Shown: piece by piece, positions 1 to 9,600 of the stretch | Layout of the letters: each line of letters opens with the position of its first letter | Position numbering within the stretch: position 1 is the first letter of the stretch | From: Ignavibacteriaceae bacterium | Lineage (GTDB): Bacteria > Bacteroidota > Ignavibacteria > Ignavibacteriales > Ignavibacteriaceae | Length of the DNA stretch: 49,486 bases | Direction: 5' to 3' | NCBI GenBank assembly: GCA_036722835.1 | Contig: DAIMIJ010000002.1 | Location: 1 to 49,486, forward strand | Notes under the pieces: generated by a model | What the model saw: the letters and a program-made list of their open reading frames with translations, nothing else | Database searches by the model: none | What the model was told of the DNA's origin: nothing | Made by a program: the position numbers and the translations under genes

Positions 1-55
1 GTAAGTCTGATTTTTCCATTCTCGGAAAAGTTTCAGGTGTAATTAGATTATTAAA

Positions 56-310
56 TTGAAAGAAAAAATTATGAAGACACAAATATTTTCAGAAGCAATA
101 AGCAAAAGAAATCAAATTAAATTTTTATACGGGTTTGATGAGGTTGTTCTTGATCCTTATTACATAACTAAAGACAAACTTGGTAAAAAAGTTATCTATG
201 GCAGAGTCACTAATTCATGTGAAATTAAAAAATTTGAGTACGGTTTAATTGCAAATATTAAAGTCTTCAGCAATAAAAGATTTTCCCCACGAATTCAAAT
301 GATGTCCTGA
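56..310 (+). CDS. Small hypothetical protein, possibly a WYL/SH3-like beta-barrel domain
   Basis: 84-aa ORF with TTG at 56 and the first ATG at 71. The pattern IKFLYGFDEVVLDPYYI...KVIYGRV...IKKFEYGLIANIKV resembles a WYL-type core. No confident family assignment. Confidence 0.45.
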   Translation: MKEKIMKTQIFSEAISKRNQIKFLYGFDEVVLDPYYITKDKLGKKVIYGRVTNSCEIKKFEYGLIANIKVFSNKRFSPRIQMMS

Positions 311-323
311 ATTAATAAAACGA

Positions 324-770
324 ATGAGGTGTAAAATGACAGAATTATTAAAACGAAAGAGTGTTGATTTTTTAGTAGAGCAATTTTGGAGGAAGGGCTA
401 TCTTACTTTAAGCAGAAAGTTCGGAACCTATCTTCCTGAACCAATATCTGTTGGTGGTTTTGAAGTGGATATTGTTGCCCGACAAAAAAATAATTATGCT
501 ATTGGACTAACTCTTAATGATGAGGATATGAAGGATCACAATTCCTTACTAAATAAGCTTAAGTATTTGGCAACAAGACAAACACGTAAAGGGAACATGC
601 CTGTAATGCTTTTTGTTGGAGTGAAGAAAGAAAACTTTACTGAAGTTAAAATGATAATTGATCAGCTTGAAGAAAATATCCGAAAAAATATAAAGTTATT
701 TCAAATCACTGAGCGTCAGACCATAACTAAAAGAAGAACTATAGAACGAACACAGCCTCTTTTTTCTTAA
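324..770 (+). CDS. Hypothetical protein with a possible degenerate PD-(D/E)xK (YraN/Hjc-like) fold
   Basis: 148-aa ORF, 13 nt after the previous ORF. The ATG at 336, preceded by GAGGTG (326-331), is the likelier start. VEQFWRKGY...GGFEVDIVARQK has the helix-strand-strand layout of small nuclease folds, but no clear E-x-K motif is visible. Confidence 0.45.
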   Translation: MRCKMTELLKRKSVDFLVEQFWRKGYLTLSRKFGTYLPEPISVGGFEVDIVARQKNNYAIGLTLNDEDMKDHNSLLNKLKYLATRQTRKGNMPVMLFVGVKKENFTEVKMIIDQLEENIRKNIKLFQITERQTITKRRTIERTQPLFS

Positions 771-904
771 GTATAGTTAATTTTCTGGGGTAAAATTAAT
801 TATTTAATGCTGCATATAGCTTTTTCCCTTTCATTATAAAATCTGCATTTATTATCTTTAACATTGCAATCTATTAACTTGTGAACATTTGTACTTGATT
901 GTCA

Positions 905-946
905 GTCTTAAGATCGTTATAGAATCTTACGACTTTTATTTTTTAT
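905..946 (+). terminator. Rho-independent terminator candidate downstream of the two small ORFs
   Basis: Stem GTCTTAAGAT (905-914) pairs with ATCTTACGAC (924-933), 9 of 10 bp, with a 9-nt loop. It is followed by TTTTATTTTTT. Confidence 0.6.
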
Positions 947-959
947 AAAAGGAGAATAA

Positions 960-1739
960 TTGACAGGCTCTCGCAGCTCGTCAGATGAGCGCACTCAGAC
1001 TGAACTAAAAAAATCCGGTAAGATTCCTGCTCACATTGCAATCATTATGGATGGAAACGGAAGATGGGCAAAAAAAAGAGGGTTGCCGCGCGCTGCCGGT
1101 CATTCGCGTGGTATTGAATCGGTTAGGGACATTGTTAAAGCCTGTTCTCAAATAGGCGTACATTATCTTACGTTGTACACATTTTCAACCGAAAATTGGA
1201 GACGACCAAAGGATGAGGTCTCGATGCTAATGCGACTTCTCCTAAAAAGCTTAAGAGATGAAACTGATGAACTTAACCAGAATGATATTAAAATTACGAT
1301 GATTGGTGATCTTGAATCATTACCGAAAGAAGTTCAAAAAGAACTTAGAGATGCATGTGAAAAAACTAAAGACAATAAAAAAATGGTGCTCAACTTAGCT
1401 TTAAGTTATAGCGGTAGAGTTGAAATATTAATGGCAATAAAAAATATAGTTAATTCTGTAGAGCATAGAAACATTAGACCGGAAGACATAGATGAATCCG
1501 TTTTCTCAGATCATCTTATGACTAAACATATGCCGGATCCCGATTTGGTTATACGAACAAGCGGAGAATTTAGAGTCAGTAATTTTTTACTTTGGCAAAT
1601 TGCGTACTCGGAATTTTACATATCTGAAGTGCTTTGGCCTGACTTCCGCAGGAATGATTTGTATGATGCAATTAGAAATTTTCAGAAAAGAGAGAGAAGA
1701 TTCGGAAAAGTTAGTGAACAAATTAAGGAAAAGGTTTAA
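960..1739 (+). CDS. uppS: Undecaprenyl diphosphate synthase (cis-prenyltransferase)
   Basis: HIAIIMDGNGRWA and RTSGEFRVSNFLLWQIAYSEF motifs. TTG start preceded by AAGGAG. Confidence 0.93.
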   Translation: MTGSRSSSDERTQTELKKSGKIPAHIAIIMDGNGRWAKKRGLPRAAGHSRGIESVRDIVKACSQIGVHYLTLYTFSTENWRRPKDEVSMLMRLLLKSLRDETDELNQNDIKITMIGDLESLPKEVQKELRDACEKTKDNKKMVLNLALSYSGRVEILMAIKNIVNSVEHRNIRPEDIDESVFSDHLMTKHMPDPDLVIRTSGEFRVSNFLLWQIAYSEFYISEVLWPDFRRNDLYDAIRNFQKRERRFGKVSEQIKEKV

Positions 1740-1743
1740 CCTG

Positions 1744-4245
1744 ATGCACATATCCCTTCTAATGAGATATATAAAAATTTATTTAATTCCATTGATTTTA
1801 ATTTTTTCGTCTCCTTCATTATCACAGACGGTTACCAAGAGTTATAAAATACTTGGAATTTCTGTTGTTGGGAATAAGTCTGCAGATGCGGCAATTATTA
1901 TTGCAAACAGCGGATTAAAGATTGGCGATGAAATTCAAATTCCCGGTGACAAAACTTTAAATGCAATAAAACAGTTATGGTCATTGAATATTTTTTCCGA
2001 CGTTCAGATTATTAATGACAAACAGATTGCTGATGGAATTTTTCTGATAATAAAGGTTGATGAATATCCGAGACTTGAGAAAATCGTTTTCGAAGGAAAT
2101 GATGAGATTGATACTGATGAGTTAGAGAAGAAAGTTAATTTTATTCGAGGTCAAATATTAAAACCACAAGAAATTGCTAAACTTCAACAGAGAATAATTC
2201 AATCGTACGAAGAAGAGGGTTATCTCAACGCTGCCATAAATTTTAAGTACTACGAATACTATACTGCCGATACTTTGGAGAGCGAAATAATTGTTACCTG
2301 GAGAAACAATAAAGATTTGGCTGATGAATATAATGTTGAATATTCTAAATCCGATCAAAGCTACTCAAACCTGATTGACAAGATTAAAAGCAGAGTCCTT
2401 GTAAAATTTGATATTCAGGAAAATGATCAGGTTGTTGTTAGAGAGATTAGATTTTTTGGTAACCAAGCTTTTGATGAAAGCGATCTTCGAGGAGAATTTG
2501 ACGAAACAAAAGAAGCTAAGTGGTGGAAATTTTGGAGTTCCGCTAAGTTTGATAGAAAAAAATATGACGAAGATAAAGACTTAATTCTCAAATTTTACAA
2601 GCGTAACGGTTATCGCGACGCTGAAATTTTATCCGATTCGTTAATTTATTTCAATGATAAAAAAGATTTAAAAATCCAGGTATATGTTGATGAAGGACCG
2701 CAATATAGAATTCGAAATATTGAATGGGTGGGAAATACAATTTATCCCGATGAGGCGCTTTTAGAACGGCTCGACTTTGCTAAGGGTGATATTTTTAATT
2801 ACGAAAAGTTCGAACAAAATCTTCGCGGTAATGAAAAACAATCTGATGTTTACGCACTTTATCTCGACAATGGTTATCTCACATTCAATCTTAAAGCTAC
2901 TGAAACAAAAGTCGCAGAAGATTCCATTGACATACTTATTCGGGTCGAAGAGAGAAATCAATTTAAAGTTGGCAAAGTTGACATAACTGGGAATGACAAG
3001 ACGAAGGATAAAGTTATCCGACGTGAACTTTATACTGTTCCGGGAGATTATTTTAACAGAGGTTTATTGTTCAGAAGCATTCAGCAGCTTGCAAACCTGC
3101 AATATTTTAATGTAGAAAAATTGTACGGACCTCAAGGAATTGATTACACTCTCCCAACTGACAGTACAGTTGATGTTACATTCAGAGTTGAAGAAAAATC
3201 AAGTGATTATCTTAATGCTTCCATTGGTTACAGCGGAGCTTTCGGTTTCAGCGGGGCTGTTGGTGTTACCCTCACTAATTTCTCAATTACAGAACCATTT
3301 TCCTTGGGCGGTGGACAGATACTAAGCTTTAATTGGCAATTTGGAGTCGGAAGCTTGTATCGAACTTTTACTTTAGGTTTTACCGAACCCTGGATGTTTG
3401 ATACTCCAACTTTAGTTGGTCTTGAGGTTTTTGACACACGTCAAGCATATATTTATGATTTGCGGCAATCAGGCGGAACATTACGAGTTGGTAGAAGATT
3501 AAAATGGCCGGATGATTTCTTTTATGTTCAGGGATTGTTCAGGTATCAATATAACAATGTTCTTGAAGGACAAAATTTTTACGAAGAGGGAAAGACTCAA
3601 CAATTTACTTTGGGTGCAACTTTAAGCAGAAAAAATATTGATAATCCAATTTTTCCGTCATCAGGTTCTTCATTCACTTTGGATGGAGAACTGTCCGGAG
3701 GTCCATTTTTACCCGGCGATGTAGATTATTATAAAATTAATTTTAAAGCAGAATGGTATAGAAGATTATTTAATTCAAATAGAATTGCTATTTATACGGT
3801 CGCAGATTTAGGTTATCTTGATGAAATTACTCTTGGAACCAAGATTCAACCTTTTGAATTTTATTATATGGGCGGAAACGGATTGATAATTGCAACTGCT
3901 CCTCTAAGAGGTTATGACGATCGTACAGTAGGACCACGAAATGCAGATGATAGAGTAATTGGAGGCAGAGTTATGACAAGATATGCTGCCGAGCTAAGAT
4001 TAGCAGTTACTCTCGATCCAATTCCTCTATACTTACTTGCATTTGCTGAAGCAGGAAATGTTTTTGAAAATTTGAAAAAAACCGATCCTTTTGATCTTAG
4101 AAGATCAGTTGGATTTGGCGCCAGACTTTTAATCAATCCCATTGGCTTAATCGGATTTGACCTTGGATACGGCTTTGATAGAAAGCTAACGGATAAAAAA
4201 GATCCTACATGGTTATTCCATTTCCAATTCGGGAGAGGTTTTTAA
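1744..4245 (+). CDS. bamA: Outer membrane protein assembly factor BamA
   Basis: Signal peptide after the ATG at 1744 (MHISLLMRYIKIYLIPLILIFSSPSLSQ), POTRA-like repeats, and a C-terminal beta-barrel ending in FHFQFGRGF. The track ORF start at 1600 overlaps uppS and is rejected. Confidence 0.9.
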   Translation: MHISLLMRYIKIYLIPLILIFSSPSLSQTVTKSYKILGISVVGNKSADAAIIIANSGLKIGDEIQIPGDKTLNAIKQLWSLNIFSDVQIINDKQIADGIFLIIKVDEYPRLEKIVFEGNDEIDTDELEKKVNFIRGQILKPQEIAKLQQRIIQSYEEEGYLNAAINFKYYEYYTADTLESEIIVTWRNNKDLADEYNVEYSKSDQSYSNLIDKIKSRVLVKFDIQENDQVVVREIRFFGNQAFDESDLRGEFDETKEAKWWKFWSSAKFDRKKYDEDKDLILKFYKRNGYRDAEILSDSLIYFNDKKDLKIQVYVDEGPQYRIRNIEWVGNTIYPDEALLERLDFAKGDIFNYEKFEQNLRGNEKQSDVYALYLDNGYLTFNLKATETKVAEDSIDILIRVEERNQFKVGKVDITGNDKTKDKVIRRELYTVPGDYFNRGLLFRSIQQLANLQYFNVEKLYGPQGIDYTLPTDSTVDVTFRVEEKSSDYLNASIGYSGAFGFSGAVGVTLTNFSITEPFSLGGGQILSFNWQFGVGSLYRTFTLGFTEPWMFDTPTLVGLEVFDTRQAYIYDLRQSGGTLRVGRRLKWPDDFFYVQGLFRYQYNNVLEGQNFYEEGKTQQFTLGATLSRKNIDNPIFPSSGSSFTLDGELSGGPFLPGDVDYYKINFKAEWYRRLFNSNRIAIYTVADLGYLDEITLGTKIQPFEFYYMGGNGLIIATAPLRGYDDRTVGPRNADDRVIGGRVMTRYAAELRLAVTLDPIPLYLLAFAEAGNVFENLKKTDPFDLRRSVGFGARLLINPIGLIGFDLGYGFDRKLTDKKDPTWLFHFQFGRGF

Positions 4246-4277
4246 TTTATCAACAATCAATAATAAAGGTAATCGAA

Positions 4278-4805
4278 GTGAACAAATACATCTTTCTTTT
4301 CGCTGCTGTTCTATTAAGCTGCACGTTTACGTTTGCACAAACAACTCAAAAGCTTGGCTATGTTGATTCGCAAACAATTCTTACTCAGCTTCCCGAATCA
4401 ATTAAAGCCCAGGGTGATTTAGATGCGCTCACAAATAAATGGACAGCGCAGTTAGACAGCATGACGCAAACTTATCAGGCGGCTCTTGCAAACTATCAAA
4501 AGCAAGCTAACACAATGCCCGATGATAAAAAATTAGTGGCTCAACAAAATCTTATTGCTCAAGAACAATCTTTGATTGATTTCAGACGACAAAAATTTGG
4601 GCAAGGAACAGGTGAAATTTATAAGAAGCAGGAAGAACTATTTAATCCTGTTAAAGAAAAAATTTATAAAGCAATCGAAGAAGTTGCAAAACGTGAAGGG
4701 ATGCAGTTTGTATTCGATAAAAGCGGCGATATCGTACTTCTTTATGCAGATTCCGCTTTCGATATTACTTATCAGGTTCTTGATAAGCTTAAAAGAGGAA
4801 ACTAG
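4278..4805 (+). CDS. skp: OmpH/Skp-family periplasmic chaperone (copy 1)
   Basis: The GTG at 4278 gives signal peptide VNKYIFLFAAVLLSCTFTFAQ. Coiled-coil OmpH-like sequence that is paralogous to the next gene. Position after bamA is typical. Confidence 0.85.
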   Translation: MNKYIFLFAAVLLSCTFTFAQTTQKLGYVDSQTILTQLPESIKAQGDLDALTNKWTAQLDSMTQTYQAALANYQKQANTMPDDKKLVAQQNLIAQEQSLIDFRRQKFGQGTGEIYKKQEELFNPVKEKIYKAIEEVAKREGMQFVFDKSGDIVLLYADSAFDITYQVLDKLKRGN

Positions 4806-4860
4806 TTAATTATCTACTCTTTAATGTAAAATTCTAAAGTTTTTTTGATTAGGTATTCAA

Positions 4861-5376
4861 ATGAAAAAATTATCTCTTTTATTTCTTTTTATCTTTTCAC
4901 TTACCGGTTTAACAAATGGACAATTGAAAATCGGCTATGTTGATTCGGATTCTATCATGGATAAGTTTCCTGATGCACAAGATGCCAGGCAAAAGCTTGA
5001 TGCATTTATTCAGGATTGGCAGACTGAGTTAACCAAACTTGAAAACAATTGGAAAACTAAATATGATGATTATGAAAAACGCAAGCTTATCATGACAGAC
5101 CAAACGAGAGCAGAAACCGAATCTGAATTGCTAAAGCTTGAACAGCAAATTGCCGATTATCGCGAAAAGAAATTCGGAACTAACGGCGAGCTTTTTCAAA
5201 AGCAGGACGAGATAATGAAACCGGTCCAAAATAAAGTATTTACCGCAATTAAAGATGTTGCTAAGGATGAAGACTTCGATTTTATCTTTGACAGAAGCGG
5301 CGATGTTATGCTTCTTTTTGCCAAGGATGAATATGATGTTACTGCTTTAGTTTTGAATAAGTTAAAACTAAAATAA
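4861..5376 (+). CDS. skp: OmpH/Skp-family periplasmic chaperone (copy 2)
   Basis: Signal peptide, an IGYVDSDSIM motif shared with copy 1 (LGYVDSQTIL), and a C-terminal FDRSGDVMLL similar to FDKSGDIVLL. Confidence 0.88.
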   Translation: MKKLSLLFLFIFSLTGLTNGQLKIGYVDSDSIMDKFPDAQDARQKLDAFIQDWQTELTKLENNWKTKYDDYEKRKLIMTDQTRAETESELLKLEQQIADYREKKFGTNGELFQKQDEIMKPVQNKVFTAIKDVAKDEDFDFIFDRSGDVMLLFAKDEYDVTALVLNKLKLK

Positions 5377-5393
5377 TATAATCTATTCCTCTA

Positions 5394-6446
5394 ATGGAAA
5401 TTACTTTAAAAGAAATTGCGGAGCTTGTTAACGGTAAATTATTCGGTGATGAAAAAGTTATAATTAAAAATCTTGCCAAAATTGAAGAAGCCGGTGAAGG
5501 CGATTTAACTTTTTTATATCTCCCGATCTACAATAAATATTTTCCAAACACCCATGCCTCCGCAATTTTAGTCAAACCCGATTTCAATAAAATTCGAGAT
5601 GACATTTCTTATATTGAAGTAAAAGATCCCAACAAAGCATTTTTCAAAATAGTCAATCAATTTTTTACTCCTGAATTTAATCTTCAAGGTATAGATTCCA
5701 CTGCATTCATACATCCCACAGCAAAGATTGGAAAGAATGTTTCGCTGGGAAAAAATGTCGTTATCTCATCTGGCTGTGTAATTGGCGATAACGTAAAGAT
5801 ATTTCACAATACAGTTTTGCATGATGATGTAATTGTTGGTAATAATTGCTTATTTTTTTCAAATGTGAGCATCCGTGAAAAATGTAGCATTGGGAACAGA
5901 GTCATCATTCATCCAGGAACGGTTGTAGGTTCCGATGGTTTCGGCTATGATTCCGATGATGATGGTGTGTTTCATAAAATACACCAGATTGGAATTGTTA
6001 GAATTGAGGACGATGTTGAACTTGGAGCCAATGTTTGTGTTGATAGAGCTTCAACCGGTGCTACCGTGATAAAGAAAGGTGTTAAGATTGATAACTTAGT
6101 TCATGTAGCACACAACGTTTTGATTGGTGAAAATACTGCGATTGCTGCACAAGCAGGAATATCGGGCAGCACAAAAATTGGAAAGAATTGTCTGATTGCC
6201 GGACAAGTGGGAATAGTCGGACATATTGAAATAGCGGATAAGGTTACCTTAATTGCTCAATCAGGAGTATCAAAAGGCATTTCAAAACCTGGAGTTTACT
6301 TCGGTTACCCAGCCAAAGAAATGAGAACAGCTTTAAAATTAGAAGGACACATAAGATCTCTTCCAGATTATGCGGCAAAAATTCATCAGCTCGAAAACCA
6401 GGTAAAGGAGCTTCTTGATAAAGTTTCTAAACTCGAAAAAGGTTAA
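5394..6446 (+). CDS. lpxD: UDP-3-O-acylglucosamine N-acyltransferase
   Basis: N-terminal LKEIAELVNGKLFGD, a long run of hexapeptide repeats, and lipid A operon context. Confidence 0.93.
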   Translation: MEITLKEIAELVNGKLFGDEKVIIKNLAKIEEAGEGDLTFLYLPIYNKYFPNTHASAILVKPDFNKIRDDISYIEVKDPNKAFFKIVNQFFTPEFNLQGIDSTAFIHPTAKIGKNVSLGKNVVISSGCVIGDNVKIFHNTVLHDDVIVGNNCLFFSNVSIREKCSIGNRVIIHPGTVVGSDGFGYDSDDDGVFHKIHQIGIVRIEDDVELGANVCVDRASTGATVIKKGVKIDNLVHVAHNVLIGENTAIAAQAGISGSTKIGKNCLIAGQVGIVGHIEIADKVTLIAQSGVSKGISKPGVYFGYPAKEMRTALKLEGHIRSLPDYAAKIHQLENQVKELLDKVSKLEKG

Positions 6447-6559
6447 TTCATTACAGTTCGTTACGCTCCATCTTTTTTGTATTTATAAACCCATCTTACT
6501 ATTTTAAAAAACATTTTTTATTAATTCTCACATTTATCTTTTAAAATCAAGGATAGTTC

Positions 6560-7975
6560 ATGTTAGAGCAACAAAGAACAATTGCAAAACCGGTTTCAAT
6601 TTCCGGAATCGGACTTCATACAGGCACAGCATGCACAATGACCTTCAAACCTTCACATGAGAATACAGGAATTAAATTTGTCCGAATTGATTTGGGAGGA
6701 TCTCCTGAAATTCCTGCAACTTCCGACAATGTGATTGATATATCAAGGGGCACTACTTTGGGTATTGGTGAAGCAAAAGTTCATACGGTTGAACATGTAC
6801 TTGCAGCAATAGTCGGGTTACAAATTGATAATATTATTATTGAACTTGATGGAATTGAACCTCCGGTTATAGATGGAAGTGCCAAACCTTATGTTGATAT
6901 TTTACAGGAAGCGGGATTTGTTCAGCAGGAAGCTCCAAAAGATTATCTGATTATTGATGAAACTGTGCTTTACCACGATGAACAGAATAAAGTAGATATT
7001 GCCGCCTTGCCTTTAGATGGATATAGAATTTCAGTTATGGTTGATTATGAGAATCCAGCATTAGGAAGTCAGCATACAGGATTATTCGATCTTGAAAAGG
7101 AATTCGTTCAAGAATTTTCTTCCGCACGAACTTTTTGTTTCTTAAGCGAGGTGGAATCTTTAGCTGATCAGGGTTTGATTAAAGGCGGTGACATTGATAA
7201 TGCTATTGTAATAGTTGATCATAAAGCAAGCGAAGATGAGTTAGAAAAGCTGAGAAAAAAAATTGGGCTTAAACATAAGATCACAATTGGCGAGAGCAGT
7301 ATACTTAATAACAAAGAACTTCGCTATAAGAACGAACCTGTGAGACATAAACTTTTAGATCTTCTTGGTGACTTAGCGTTGATTGGTGCTCCTTTGAAAG
7401 CGCAAATTCTTGCCGCACGACCTGGGCATCGGTCAAATGTTGAATTTGCTAAACAAGTAAGGAAACTTTATCAGCAGAAAAAAATTGTTAAGAAATATCA
7501 GCTTGTTAAGAAGGAAGGCGTTGTATTCGACATAAATGCGATTCAAAAAATTTTACCGCACAGGTATCCTTTTTTGTTAGTTGATAAAATCATTCATCTC
7601 GAGCTTGATAAAAAAGTGATTGGAGTGAAATCAATTACCATAAATGAGCCATTCTTCCCGGGTCATTTTCCCGGGCAGCCGATCATGCCGGGTGTTCTGA
7701 TAATTGAAGCCATGGCTCAAACTGGTGGGATTATGTTGTTAAATTCTTTAGGTGATTTTGAGAATAAATTGGTTGTATTTATGCAGATAAACAATGCTAA
7801 GTTTAGAAAACCTGTTGTTCCTGGTGATACGCTTTATTTGGAAGTTGAAATGGCAAGTAAAAAAAGTAAAATTTTTAATATGAAAGGAAGAGCTTTCGTC
7901 AATGATAATTTAGTAGCTGAAGCTGAATTCATGGCTGGCGTTACAGATAAAGAACAAAAACCCAACGGGATTTAA
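6560..7975 (+). CDS. lpxC/fabZ: Bifunctional UDP-3-O-acyl-GlcNAc deacetylase / 3-hydroxyacyl-ACP dehydratase (LpxC-FabZ fusion)
   Basis: N-terminal QRTIAKPVSISGIGLHTG and HRSNVEFAK (LpxC). C-terminal LPHRYPFLLVDKI and FFPGHFPGQPIMPGVL (FabZ). Confidence 0.95.
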   Translation: MLEQQRTIAKPVSISGIGLHTGTACTMTFKPSHENTGIKFVRIDLGGSPEIPATSDNVIDISRGTTLGIGEAKVHTVEHVLAAIVGLQIDNIIIELDGIEPPVIDGSAKPYVDILQEAGFVQQEAPKDYLIIDETVLYHDEQNKVDIAALPLDGYRISVMVDYENPALGSQHTGLFDLEKEFVQEFSSARTFCFLSEVESLADQGLIKGGDIDNAIVIVDHKASEDELEKLRKKIGLKHKITIGESSILNNKELRYKNEPVRHKLLDLLGDLALIGAPLKAQILAARPGHRSNVEFAKQVRKLYQQKKIVKKYQLVKKEGVVFDINAIQKILPHRYPFLLVDKIIHLELDKKVIGVKSITINEPFFPGHFPGQPIMPGVLIIEAMAQTGGIMLLNSLGDFENKLVVFMQINNAKFRKPVVPGDTLYLEVEMASKKSKIFNMKGRAFVNDNLVAEAEFMAGVTDKEQKPNGI

Positions 7976-7981
7976 ATAAAA

Positions 7982-8758
7982 ATGCGAAACATTCATCCTA
8001 CAGCAATTGTAAGTTCAAAAGCCAAACTTGGTGAAAATATTATTGTTCATCCATACACAATCATTTATGATAATGTTGAGGTGGGTGAAGATTGTGAAAT
8101 TGGTCCTCACGCTGTACTTTATGATGGTGCGCGGTTGGGTAATCGAATAAAAATTTATCAAGGGGCGTCAATAGCTCATGTTCCACAAGACCTGAGCTTT
8201 CGAAATGAGGATTCGCTTTTCATAATTGATGATGATACAACAATTCACGAGTTCGTTACTTGCCACAGAGGAACTAAATCTACAGGATTTTCAAAGATTG
8301 GTAAGAATTGTTTAATTATGGCATACACTCACGTAGCTCATGATTGCACGGTTGGAAATAAATGTATTCTAGCAAATGGAGTTCAACTCGGCGGACATGT
8401 TGTTATTGAAGATAATACAATCATAGGTGGTATGACTACTGTTCATCAATTTTGTAGGGTTGGTCAACATTCAATGACAGGCGGTTCGTTTAAAATTTCC
8501 CAAGATCTTCCTCCCTTCATTCTTGCTGCTCATACTCCACTAAAGTATTGCGGATTAAATATTGTTGGGCTGCGCAGGAGGAGTTTTGCTGCAAAGGATA
8601 TTGAAGCGCTAAAAAAAGCGTACAATTATCTTTATGATAATTCGCTTAATGTCTCACAAGCAGTAAAAAAAATTGAAGCTGAATTAGGAGAGAATAACTA
8701 CGTCAGACAAACTTTAGATTTTATTAAGAATAGTAAGAGAGGTTTAGTCGGCAAATGA
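7982..8758 (+). CDS. lpxA: Acyl-ACP:UDP-GlcNAc O-acyltransferase
   Basis: IHPTAIVSSKAKLGENI start, hexapeptide repeats, and a C-terminal helical domain. Confidence 0.93.
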   Translation: MRNIHPTAIVSSKAKLGENIIVHPYTIIYDNVEVGEDCEIGPHAVLYDGARLGNRIKIYQGASIAHVPQDLSFRNEDSLFIIDDDTTIHEFVTCHRGTKSTGFSKIGKNCLIMAYTHVAHDCTVGNKCILANGVQLGGHVVIEDNTIIGGMTTVHQFCRVGQHSMTGGSFKISQDLPPFILAAHTPLKYCGLNIVGLRRRSFAAKDIEALKKAYNYLYDNSLNVSQAVKKIEAELGENNYVRQTLDFIKNSKRGLVGK

Positions 8759-9507
8759 AATGGCGTGTTTTCGATTCAGGATTTAATACCGGCAAAATGA
8801 ATATGGATGTTGATTTGCACCTGGCTGAATCGTGCAAGCATGACGAAGCAACGCTAAGGTTTTTTAGATGGAACCCATACTGCATTTCATTAGGTGCCAA
8901 TCAAAATATAGATGAGTTGAATGCAGCTAAAGCAGAACAAGACAAAATTGATATTGTGTTCCGCCCAACAGGGGGACGCGCAATTCTTCATGCTGAAGAG
9001 CTGACTTACTCAGTAATTTATCCAATAGATGAAAACACATCATTTCGAAATATTTATCATGAAATTAATCTTGCCTTAATTAAAGGATTGATTAATTATA
9101 ATTCGGTTTTATCCTCCTTAGAGATGGAAAATATTCAGCCGAACTTTTCAAATTTTTATAAAGAACAATTAGCTGCGATCTGCTTTGCTGTTCCTGCGAA
9201 AAGTGAAATAAAGTACGACGGTAAAAAACTTGTAGGAAGCGCACAAAAAAAAATGAAGCATGCTTTACTTCAGCACGGATCAATTCTATGCGGAGATTAT
9301 CATCTTAAAATTTTAGATTATCTGAACTTCTCACGCGAAAAAATAATTTTTATGAAAGAAGAGTTTTCTACTAAAACCACTGACCTCTTTTCAATTCTCG
9401 GGAACTCGATAGATTATTCAAGACTAACGGAATCTTTAATAAAAGGATTTCAAGATCATTTTAAAATTGACATGGAATTTATTGTTCAGGAAGAAACAGC
9501 TTCTTAA
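8755..9507 (+). CDS. Lipoate-protein ligase / octanoyltransferase family protein (LipM/LplA-like)
   Basis: RFFRWNPYCISLGANQ, RPTGGRAILH and ICFAVPAKSEIKYDGKKLVGSAQ motifs (BPL_LplA_LipB-type lysine motif). ATGA overlap with the lpxA stop. Confidence 0.75.
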   Translation: MKWRVFDSGFNTGKMNMDVDLHLAESCKHDEATLRFFRWNPYCISLGANQNIDELNAAKAEQDKIDIVFRPTGGRAILHAEELTYSVIYPIDENTSFRNIYHEINLALIKGLINYNSVLSSLEMENIQPNFSNFYKEQLAAICFAVPAKSEIKYDGKKLVGSAQKKMKHALLQHGSILCGDYHLKILDYLNFSREKIIFMKEEFSTKTTDLFSILGNSIDYSRLTESLIKGFQDHFKIDMEFIVQEETAS

Positions 9508-9600
9508 TTATTTAGAAAAGAAAGCTATTAACACTTTTCGCTTAAAATATTTTCTGCAGATCGTTGACTTTGCCCTAAATCCACCCAGCAGTTTTTTAGC

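Noticed and set aside
1600-1743. N-terminal 48-codon extension of the bamA ORF in the track
   Set aside because: It overlaps the 3' end of uppS in another frame. A proper signal peptide begins at the ATG at 1744, directly after the uppS stop.
4209-4277. N-terminal extension of the first skp ORF
   Set aside because: It overlaps the end of bamA. The GTG at 4278 gives a typical signal peptide, so the extension is most likely not translated.
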